Source: Chloropicon primus
Lineage: Eukaryota
Direction: 5' to 3'
DNA: 64,000 nucleotides
NCBI GenBank assembly: GCA_023205875.1
Contig: CP060754.1
Location: forward strand, 62,001-126,000
This document shows, one piece after another, positions 40,269-48,505 of this stretch. The notes below the pieces were generated by a model that saw only the letters and a program-made list of their open reading frames with translations, made no database searches and was not told the DNA's origin. Position 1 is the first letter of the stretch, and every line of letters starts with the position of its first letter. The position numbers were made by a program, and so were the translations under genes.

Positions 40269-43200
40269 TCAATTACCCCTTCCACCACCACCTGTGCCCA
40301 GAAGTGGAGCTGGAAGAAGGGGGGTCGGAGGAGAAGAGGGCTTTCCCCTTCCCCTTCCCCTTCCCCGTCCCCGTCCCCGTCCCCGTCCCCTTCCTCCATG
40401 GTCAGTCCTCGCAAAGCCTTGGTCCCCGTTGTACCTTCCGCTTCTTCCCCTGCCCCCACTTTTGCGACCAATCCCCTGGTACTGGCCCGTAAATTCCCTA
40501 CGAGCTTGGTCTCCGCCCGCTTCGATTATCATCACCTCCCTGAGAGCAGCCATAGAGTCGGTCAATCTGGCAGGCATGTCGGCATCCCAAGACCTCTCGA
40601 TCAGGAAGGCAAACGTTTCACTCAAGCGACCCCTCAAACACTTGATGTAAGTCGCATACATCTGAGGTACCAGGTACTTCAGCCAACCATCAATAATGAG
40701 GATGGAATTTATGCAGCCGTCCTCTCCGACAGGGGCTTGCTCCACTTGCAGGTCCATGGCAACTACGCACAAAGCAAGGAAGGGAAGTTCAGTGACTGCG
40801 CTCACATTAAGCCCGCGATCGTTCCTCGTCACTTCCCCAAACGCAAAAATTGGGTCGGCCTCCTCCTCGGTGCGCTTGGACGTGCTCCTGTTGGACACTA
40901 TGGATTGCTTGTGTATTCTGACTACTTCCCCTCGCTTTGTCATGAGCGAAGGCTTCATTTTGTCTTTCTGTTTTGCAACCCGCTCAAGTTCCAATCTCTT
41001 CATGTAGCCTATTTGAGGATAATAGCCACAGCCAAGCACAGACCTTTCTAGACCAGTTACACAGAATGTGGAGGACTCTCCGAGATTACGTATCACCTTT
41101 GCGTCCCTCAATCCACCCGCGATCTGCGTCCTCATGCCGTCCACCATCCTCAGTGTACCCTGCGAGAGAAAGTTCTGATTACAGAACTTCCATGCGTATC
41201 CTTTTTTCTCTGCTTTTCTCCACCCATTAAATGCAGCCACTGCTGCCAAGTGGTCACTCGAGGGCACTCCAACAGCAAATGCGTTCCTTGCTTTGTCCGC
41301 CTCGGTTCTCGCAGCCTGCTGGACTGGAAAAACCCACGGTAAGCGGTACGCAGAGAAACATGCTGACGTCAAAACATTGTCCAGACAACCAAAAATGATA
41401 CTGTACAATAGGAGCTTCCCGAGCTGTGGCGGCAATGGAAGGCTTGCAAGGTGCTTGCCAAGCACGGTCAGTTTCTCCCCAGGTAGCAAGGCCCCTATCG
41501 TCTCCAACAATTCTAACGCTTGCTGGACCGCTTCAGGCACAGGGGGCTCCAAGGCCCGAGAAAGGAAGGTCTTCACTGTTGAGTCGCCTGAGTTCGTGGT
41601 TTGGGTCACAGGCAGTCCGTTGCTCTCCATCACTTTGATCTGAAGGCAAACTTCTTCTAGCGGACTTCTCTTGAGCTCAGGAATCTGGAAATCCAAAAGG
41701 GAGTCGCTTCTGCTCGTGGAGTAAATATGAAAGCAGACTCCTGGCTGACACCTCCCGGCTCGGCCCTTTCGCTGCTTCTCGCTCGCACGACTTGTCCAGG
41801 AGCTCAACAGAGTTGACACCCCGGTGTACGGATCATAGGATTTCTCCTTGTGTCTTCCGCTGTTGATCACATACACGATGTCGTCGATGGTGATAGCGGT
41901 TTCAGCTATGTTTGTTGCAAGCACTACCTTTCGCTGCCCCTTTGGCGGTTTTTGAAACACTTTCCTCTGCTCGGGAACGGGAACCATCGAGTGCAGAGGG
42001 AGAACCGCGAGGCCATCCCCCAAGGAACTGCTTTCGAGCAGATTCTTTAATCTGATGATCTCATCCCAACCAGGGAGAAAGACAAGTATGGCCCCTTTGC
42101 TGTTCTCCACGTCAAAGCTCTGGTCCTCCTCAAGGAATGATATCAATTCGACAATGATTTTCAAATCAACCTCATCTTGGTCTATTGATAACTGGTACTG
42201 ATTCAGCATGGAAGCTGTTTCGCTCTGCTTATTTCTGTCCTTTCTTGACTCCTCTTCCCTCGAAATCAGCATCTCTGCAAGATCGTGGTGCCCGAATTTA
42301 CAAGCCCAATCCTTGGCCTTCCCCTTGCCATCCTTGCTTGCGAGTCCCAGGTCTGCCCCGTGCTCTATCAGGACCGTGCATACGTCAGTCCTTCCCTTCC
42401 CAGCCGCTACCATCAGCGCGGTAGCTCCTGTCGTGTTGTGCACGGCATTCACATAGGGGGCACTCCCTGTGGCTCCCTCCACCGCACCCGCCAATGCCTC
42501 CCCCATCAGTTCCTCGAATGCCTCATCCGTTCCCGCAATGAAAGCGTTCATCATGGCCCGCTCCAGCTCCGGAGGAGCAGCCATCTCACTGCTGACGCCA
42601 CCGGCCTTCGCAAACCCCACGAACTTCAAGACATCCTCAAGATAAAATTGCTCGACAGGGTACATGAAGCCCTCCACTTGGATTGTCGGGCAGTTCCCAA
42701 AGTACGAGGACAGCAAGTCGATCTGGAGTGTCGCGCTCATCAGGACCACCTTCATGTTCGGGTTCAAGGGCAAGATGTCCCTGAGTATGATCAGAATAAA
42801 GTCAACAAACCTATCCCTCTCGTGAATCTCGTCCACGACGAGGTGGGTCAACCCCTCCACGAGCCCTTCGGATTGGTTCCGAGCATCATCTGCCCTGAAA
42901 TGCCCCTTCTGCACCAGTTGTCTCAACAAGACACCGTTCGTGCACAGCACAATGGAGCTCTGGGGCGTCCCCTTCTTCTCCAATCGAATCGAGTAGCCCA
43001 CGCTCTGGCCTATGCTCTCCCCTCTCTCAGAGGCTATCCTCTCCGCGACAGATATTGCAGAAATTCTTCTGGGCTGGGTGCACACGACGCGGCAAGGTTT
43101 TCCCTCCTCCCAGCAACTCTCCGCGATGATCTGAGGAACCTGCGTCGTCTTTCCACACCCTGTCTCCCCTGCAAGCAGCACGATCTGGTTGTTCCTGACC

Positions 43201-44048
43201 AGATCCAAAATCTCCCGCTTCCTGGCGGAGATGGGCAAGGCCTCCCTCGTCCTTTGGACCGCGGCGCACCTCCGTTCCTTCCTCCTGAGCCGGAGAGCCT
43301 CGAGCTCCGCAGCCACTTTCTCTGTGCTCCACAACTCTGCCCTGTTGCCCCCCCCTTTCCTCTTGCCCTTTCTGGACGCGTGCTTCTTGTGATGATTGTA
43401 CTCGGAGGTCATCTGCAACTCCGCACTATTGAAGAGCTCCTGCGCAGAGGGAGGGTGCTTCTGCAGGAGGTCCCTCAAGACCTGCAAGGATGACTCGTGC
43501 AGCTCAAACTTCTTCTCAATGCTGTCCTTCGTTGTTAGGGTCCTGTACTTGGTCAGGCGCAGGAACCGCTTCTCGCCCTTCCCCGTCGACTTGCTCTTGA
43601 ATCCATACTTCTTGCTCTCCGCGTGTATGAACTTTCTCTGCAAGTTGCTCAGGTCTCGAGGGAAGAGGTACTCCTGAGCTTTCGACTTCTGGAACGCCTT
43701 GAATATATTGATCAACTCGATCCTGAAGTCTTCCTCCGCCTGCTTTACTGGCACCTGCTCTGGTGGTGCCTCTGTTGCCTTGGCTTTGACCTTTTTCTTC
43801 CCAGTCTTGGCCTTGTCATTGCCCTGCCTGCCTTGCGTTGTCTCGCGGTCGCCCTTGTCTGGCTTCTCCTCCACTGAACCTGAACTCGCTTCCCTTTTCT
43901 CCGCGGACGAGAGGTTGAGGCACGCCAGAAGGCTGAAGTCCACCCCTTGCGGCGGGCTGTCCTCGTCGCTCGTGTCGTCACTCGACGACTCCTGCCCCCC
44001 ACCTGCCGTCCTGTCGAACAGAAGGTTGAACGAACCAGACTGCGCCAT
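40269..44048 (-). CDS. DExH-box RNA helicase with R3H domain and ankyrin insert (YTHDC2/plant DExH6-like, no YTH domain), RG-rich tail
   Basis: R3H (RKFIHAESKKYGFKSKSTG), GETGCGKTTQVPQ, DEIHER, MSAT, ankyrin TALMVAAGKG, ATNIAETAITIDD, QRKGRAGR, HA2 (SDHLA). Confidence 0.9.
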   Translation of the reverse strand: MAQSGSFNLLFDRTAGGGQESSSDDTSDEDSPPQGVDFSLLACLNLSSAEKREASSGSVEEKPDKGDRETTQGRQGNDKAKTGKKKVKAKATEAPPEQVPVKQAEEDFRIELINIFKAFQKSKAQEYLFPRDLSNLQRKFIHAESKKYGFKSKSTGKGEKRFLRLTKYRTLTTKDSIEKKFELHESSLQVLRDLLQKHPPSAQELFNSAELQMTSEYNHHKKHASRKGKRKGGGNRAELWSTEKVAAELEALRLRRKERRCAAVQRTREALPISARKREILDLVRNNQIVLLAGETGCGKTTQVPQIIAESCWEEGKPCRVVCTQPRRISAISVAERIASERGESIGQSVGYSIRLEKKGTPQSSIVLCTNGVLLRQLVQKGHFRADDARNQSEGLVEGLTHLVVDEIHERDRFVDFILIILRDILPLNPNMKVVLMSATLQIDLLSSYFGNCPTIQVEGFMYPVEQFYLEDVLKFVGFAKAGGVSSEMAAPPELERAMMNAFIAGTDEAFEELMGEALAGAVEGATGSAPYVNAVHNTTGATALMVAAGKGRTDVCTVLIEHGADLGLASKDGKGKAKDWACKFGHHDLAEMLISREEESRKDRNKQSETASMLNQYQLSIDQDEVDLKIIVELISFLEEDQSFDVENSKGAILVFLPGWDEIIRLKNLLESSSLGDGLAVLPLHSMVPVPEQRKVFQKPPKGQRKVVLATNIAETAITIDDIVYVINSGRHKEKSYDPYTGVSTLLSSWTSRASEKQRKGRAGRCQPGVCFHIYSTSRSDSLLDFQIPELKRSPLEEVCLQIKVMESNGLPVTQTTNSGDSTVKTFLSRALEPPVPEAVQQALELLETIGALLPGEKLTVLGKHLASLPLPPQLGKLLLYSIIFGCLDNVLTSACFSAYRLPWVFPVQQAARTEADKARNAFAVGVPSSDHLAAVAAFNGWRKAEKKGYAWKFCNQNFLSQGTLRMVDGMRTQIAGGLRDAKVIRNLGESSTFCVTGLERSVLGCGYYPQIGYMKRLELERVAKQKDKMKPSLMTKRGEVVRIHKQSIVSNRSTSKRTEEEADPIFAFGEVTRNDRGLNVSAVTELPFLALCVVAMDLQVEQAPVGEDGCINSILIIDGWLKYLVPQMYATYIKCLRGRLSETFAFLIERSWDADMPARLTDSMAALREVMIIEAGGDQARREFTGQYQGIGRKSGGRGRSGRYNGDQGFARTDHGGRGRGRGRGRGRGRGRGKPSSPPTPLLPAPLLGTGGGGRGN

Positions 44049-44169
44049 CCTTGAGTCCGTTTCGGCCTGCGTCTCCTGCGTCGAGATCTAGGGCCTCCGT
44101 GTTCGGTAGAAGGGACGAGGGAGAAGGCTGGTCGAATTTTAGGTTTTACAGAATAAACATTAATTTTTA

Positions 44170-45879
44170 TTAGTCGGCCAGTGGATTCTCTGTCGTGATC
44201 TCCTCGTCCTGCTCTTCCTCCCCAGCGGCAGCCTTCCACACATCAGCGGTCCTCTGCCACAGGGCAGCCTGGACCTTGGCGAAACCCAAAAGCATAGTGG
44301 CCATATCAGCCTTCTTCTCCACAACAAACCTCGCGACCTCCTCCTTGTTCCTCTCGGCGATCCTCTCGCACTCCTCGTGGGCCGCCTTCTTGGCCTTCTC
44401 CAGCGCTTCTATGTCGAGCTGGAGCTCGTGAACCTTCCGCGTCTTTCCCTTGTCTCCACCAAGCTTCCCCGCGGACTTGGCCTCGAGCTTCGCCACCTGC
44501 TGTTGCTTGTTCGTCATCTCGTTGCAGAGGGTCTGATAGGTGAGGGTGGCCTGGTCTCTCTCCCTCAAGGCGGTCAGGGCCGCGGGCATCAGGCCCAAGT
44601 AGTCGTGAATATGGCTGAGCTGGGCGGCGGTGTTCTCCGTGGCACTCCTCACCAAGCGGCTCATCCTAACGCATTGCGTTCCCGTGCTCTTCAGGTGAGC
44701 AGAGATCTCTCTGATGTGCTCTCCGCTCTCGCTGTACTTCCCGTCCCTGTTGCCCTCCTCCTCCTCGAACTTGGAGGTCTTGATGGCAGACAGGCCAAAG
44801 TCTCCAAAGGCATCGGCGACCTTCTCCATTCTCTTGATCATGAACTCGGCCTCGGAGGAAGCCTCGGCGAGGACCACCTGGAGGTCCTTGACCTTCTGCT
44901 TCTCCTCCACAAGGTCCTCGTGGGGGTCCATGTCGAGCTTGGCCTTGTCGTCCATGTTGGTCTTGTTCTTGAACTTCTGCTTGAACTCCTTGAAGCCTCT
45001 GATGAGGTTTGTGCCGTCCCTCTTGGACACGGCCTCGTCCGTCGTAGGGATGCTGCTCTCGTTGCCCATGAGCTGCTTTGGCAGGTTGGTCAGGCCAGCC
45101 TTCCAGCCGGCGTTCTCCATCTCCTTCCACTCCCCGCACGAGGAGATGTCGCCCTCCCACTCTAGGAACAACTGGAGCTCCCTGCTTCTCGACAGGACGG
45201 GGTGCTTGCCAAGCTTCTGCAAGTACTTTTGCAAGGCCACCCTTCTCACTTCGATGAACTCGGTGGAGTGAAGCTTGCCCTCCACAACGTTCTTGTCCGG
45301 CCTGGGGGGGATGAAGTAACCCCTGTGCGACTTCCTCAGCCTGTCCGCCAGAGCGACGAACTCCTTGAACCTGCGCCTCACGACGAGCTCCTTCCTCTTG
45401 TACTCGGGCAGAGTCGTCCGGCTCTCGATCTTGTAGCTGACGAAAGTCGAGCCGATCAGGCTGTCCTTCTCGGGCTGCTTCATGGGGTCGCTCACCGTGA
45501 TCTCGAAATTGGAGCTCCTCTCCGAGGTCTTGACCTCCGTCGCGTCCGCTCCTTGCATCTCGGGCTCGGCCTCCTTCACGGGCTCCGGGTCCGCCAGGCT
45601 CGTCTCCTCCTCCGCAGGGGCCGCGTCGAACGTCACGGTGTCCTCGTAGCTCGGAGGCGCCAGCTCGTCGTACGAGGCCATCGCCTCCACGGACGGCGTG
45701 TCCTCCGAACCGAAGGGCACGTCGCTCATTCCGCTCTCCGCGAGCTTGTCGCTCAGCGGGTCCACGTCCACCACCGCCGTCGTCGCGGCCTCCTTCGCCG
45801 CACCCCCCAGGTCCTTCACCGCTCCCGCCGCATCCCCCACCGCCTCCGTCGCCATATCAAACGGGTTCTCTGAGTCCAT
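44170..45879 (-). CDS. SNX2: Sorting nexin 2 (PX plus BAR/Vps5 domain)
   Basis: PX: ITVSDP...VRRRFKEFVALADRL...GYFIPPRPDKN...RRVALQKYL...HPVL; helical BAR C-terminus. Possible 5'UTR intron acceptor near 45910. Confidence 0.92.
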   Translation of the reverse strand: MDSENPFDMATEAVGDAAGAVKDLGGAAKEAATTAVVDVDPLSDKLAESGMSDVPFGSEDTPSVEAMASYDELAPPSYEDTVTFDAAPAEEETSLADPEPVKEAEPEMQGADATEVKTSERSSNFEITVSDPMKQPEKDSLIGSTFVSYKIESRTTLPEYKRKELVVRRRFKEFVALADRLRKSHRGYFIPPRPDKNVVEGKLHSTEFIEVRRVALQKYLQKLGKHPVLSRSRELQLFLEWEGDISSCGEWKEMENAGWKAGLTNLPKQLMGNESSIPTTDEAVSKRDGTNLIRGFKEFKQKFKNKTNMDDKAKLDMDPHEDLVEEKQKVKDLQVVLAEASSEAEFMIKRMEKVADAFGDFGLSAIKTSKFEEEEGNRDGKYSESGEHIREISAHLKSTGTQCVRMSRLVRSATENTAAQLSHIHDYLGLMPAALTALRERDQATLTYQTLCNEMTNKQQQVAKLEAKSAGKLGGDKGKTRKVHELQLDIEALEKAKKAAHEECERIAERNKEEVARFVVEKKADMATMLLGFAKVQAALWQRTADVWKAAAGEEEQDEEITTENPLAD

Positions 45880-46483
45880 CTCAATCAAACAATCAAAAGT
45901 GTCTCCCACCTAAAGCAAAAGGAAAAGCAAGAGTCCCCCCCCCAAAAAAAACAAAAAGAAAACCTATTGCGTTCTCTCTCGCGCACACCCCACCACTTTG
46001 TGTTGGTTCGTTCCCCCAGCAAGCACACACTCCCTCCCTCGTCCGTGGTGCGTCCTGTCTGTGTGTCGTAGGTGTCGGTGTCTCCCTCGGTGACGCCGCT
46101 CTTCTCCCCTTTTTTGGGAAGGCTGAGGAAAACCTAAGCCAGCTCAACGCCGCTGGTGGTCAGCGGAAATATTAAATATTTCCGAGAGAAAGGAGAGCAG
46201 AGGAAGAGGGAGAGATGAGGATGGGATGAACAACAGACACAAGACTAGAGTGATGCAGGAACCATAGATGAGAGGAGCCACACGAATACACGAATACACA
46301 AATAATACGTACACAAGTGGGTTGGCAAGCACCGACCTGCCTGACCCTGCGGGCAGACAAGTCGGACAAGTCGGTTTAGGAGCCTGGGCTTGACTTTTGT
46401 AACAAGACACGGCGAGAGGGGGCCTCGTGCTGCAGCAGGAAGCCGAGATCCGAGATCCGAGATCCATGCGTGCTCTCGCCAGG

Positions 46484-46786
46484 CTGCAGCGGCGAACGAG
46501 AGAAAGAAACCAGGGAGGAAACCAAAAAGGAGAGGAAAGTCAGTTGGCGCTGCTGCTCCAAGTCGTCGCTCGTTTGTGTTCGTGTTTGTTGGGTATCAGG
46601 GTGTTGGAAACAAGCACAGCGAGGTCGTCAAGTCTGAGAATGCAACCCCACGAAATAGGTCTCCATTGCGTTCACTGTTGGCACAGCGTATAACACGTGT
46701 AAACACAAAGGAGTTTGCAGTGCTAATGGTAAATGTGCCGCGGCATTATTCGGTATCGATCTGAAGCAGCAGCAACAAGAACTTAC
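46484..46786 (-). other. Canonical spliceosomal intron of an unannotated minus-strand transcript, containing a structured element (candidate intronic ncRNA)
   Basis: Donor G|GTAAGT at 46786, branch ACTGAC at 46544-46539, long polypyrimidine tract, CAG acceptor at 46484; 14-bp basal stem (46761-46774 with 46548-46561) and internal hairpins. Confidence 0.55.
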
Positions 46787-46809
46787 CGATCGGAGCCAGT
46801 ACTCTAAGC

Positions 46810-46886
46810 CGAGGCTCAGCACTGTGCTGACCGTGCGCCTCCCCCCGCCTCCGCCACGAGGCTCAGCACTGTGCTGACCGTGCGCC
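46810..46886. repeat. Two 30-bp direct repeats (47-bp period), each containing the palindrome TCAGCAC-T-GTGCTGA
   Basis: CGAGGCTCAGCACTGTGCTGACCGTGCGCC at 46810 and 46857; half-site GGCTCAGCA near 46929. Confidence 0.85.
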
Positions 46887-47260
46887 CGCAAACGAGCGCG
46901 AGTGTGACCACCTCCCCCCCTTGAGGTCGGCTCAGCAGTCCGGTCGCGTCCCCGCCACGTCGCCCTTCCGCCATCGACCGCGATTCCCCAACCCTGACCC
47001 CCCCACGGCTCTCTCTCCCTCCCTCCCTCCCTCCCTGGGAGAGAAAGAGAGAGAGAGAGAGAAAGAGAGAGCCGCCCGCGCCGAGCCGCCTTTGGTCGAC
47101 CTCCCCTCCTCTCCTACTGGTACTGCCTAGATTTCCTCTGATCCCAAGGAAAGGTTTTCCATCATCTGTCGGGGCCAAGGCGAGGAGGCAGGAGGCGATG
47201 GCCTTGAAGGAAGGGAAGGTGTGTGTGTGTTGAAGGGCGATTGCTCAAGTGCTGCTCGCC

Positions 47261-48454
47261 ATGGAGGACAGGGAGGTCGCCATGAGTCTGGTGAAGAAGC
47301 TTTTGGCGGATCAGAGGGAGGACTTGGAGGAAATAAGGGGGGAAGTGCAAACGTACCAACTGTCCTTGGCTCGGGCCTTGGGGACCGCAGGAAAGTCCCT
47401 GGCGGGGCTCAAGGAGGAGAAGTCCGAGACGGCAAGGATGCTAAGCTTCCTGAAACAGAGCACGGAAGACAAGGAGAAGGTGGAGAAGGACTTGAGGTCC
47501 GGGATGGCGGAGAAGCAGGCCGAGATAACGCGCCTTTCTGGGGACCTCGGAAAGGCGAAGAGGGTCGAGAAGGACTGGACAGATCGGCTCAAGGAGCAAG
47601 AGGACAAGTGCTCGGACCTGGAGAAGCGGCTTGAGCAGACCGCGAGAAGCGAAACAGAGGCCCGGCGGAGGCTTTCCATCACGGAGGTCTCGTCCTCCAG
47701 CAGGAAGGAGGTCATGTCGCTGTCGAGCCTGGTGGAGGCGAACAAGGTGGAGGTGGAGCGGCTCAGAGAGGAGCTGGACCTCCAATCCAAGTCCCACTCG
47801 CTGAGGATCGCGGAGCTCCAAGAGAGCTTCCAAGCGAAGATCAGGGAGCTGAGGCGAGTGCACGGAGAGCAGATAGCCTCCAACCGAAGCCAGCTCGAAG
47901 ATGGGATCAGAGCCAAGCTCGCAAGCGAGGCCACAACCTCGGCGGAGACCTTGGCCCAGGAGAAGGCTGCGCTGGAAACGCAAGTCGGAGCGCTGAGGGC
48001 CGAGCTTGGGAATGCAAAGGCAAAGCTCTCGGAATCGGAAAAGAACTTGGAGACGGCTAGGACACAGGAAGGCGACGCGAGAAAGAAGACGTACATGGTC
48101 GAGAAGCAGAATAGGACCCTTCGAGCTGAGGTTGACGACCTCAAAGCAAAATCAGCGGCTGCGGACGGCAGCAAGAAGTTGGAGGAAGAGAACAAGTCTC
48201 TTGCCGGCGAGGTGGGAAGGCTGAAGGCTGAATTGGATGCGAAAACAAAGGCTTTGGAGGAGAAAGGGGCAGAAAAGGAGGGCCTCTCGATGCTGGACAT
48301 CATGGAGCAGCAGCTGGTGAAGCTCAGCAATCTCCTGAGTGCCAAGGAGGAGGAGATCGAGGCCTTAAAGCTGACTGTGGAAAGGGAGTGCCTCGAGAGA
48401 GGCAACTTGGTGGCAGAATTGTCCAGAGCAAGGCAAGGCAGGAAAAACCTTTGA
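47261..48454 (+). CDS. Long coiled-coil protein (C-terminus reminiscent of LEKR1)
   Basis: 397 aa of E/K/L heptads. C-terminal LKLTVERECLERGNLVAELSRA resembles, from memory, the LEKR1 TVxRECxER motif; family assignment is tentative. Confidence 0.65.
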   Translation: MEDREVAMSLVKKLLADQREDLEEIRGEVQTYQLSLARALGTAGKSLAGLKEEKSETARMLSFLKQSTEDKEKVEKDLRSGMAEKQAEITRLSGDLGKAKRVEKDWTDRLKEQEDKCSDLEKRLEQTARSETEARRRLSITEVSSSSRKEVMSLSSLVEANKVEVERLREELDLQSKSHSLRIAELQESFQAKIRELRRVHGEQIASNRSQLEDGIRAKLASEATTSAETLAQEKAALETQVGALRAELGNAKAKLSESEKNLETARTQEGDARKKTYMVEKQNRTLRAEVDDLKAKSAAADGSKKLEEENKSLAGEVGRLKAELDAKTKALEEKGAEKEGLSMLDIMEQQLVKLSNLLSAKEEEIEALKLTVERECLERGNLVAELSRARQGRKNL

Positions 48455-48505
48455 GCAAGCCAATTATCGTTCATCACATTGTTGTTGGTTGTAGACCAGT
48501 TTGTT

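Noticed and set aside
46300..46400. Possible telomerase RNA (CCUAAACC template-like 8-mer on the minus strand with downstream stems)
   Set aside because: An 8-mer match is expected by chance, no USE/TATA Pol III promoter or T-run terminator is visible, and the telomere repeat is unknown.
46144..46467. 107-aa minus-strand ORF with a hydrophobic C-terminus
   Set aside because: It contains several 7-9 bp microduplications and pyrimidine tracts and has atypical codon usage; more likely UTR or non-coding.
46595..46760. TPP riboswitch, RNase P/MRP, SRP or U-snRNA identity for the structured element
   Set aside because: Only isolated fragments match (CTGAGA on plus, TAATGCCGCG on minus) and they lie on opposite strands; the required paired conserved regions are absent and no thiamine gene is adjacent.
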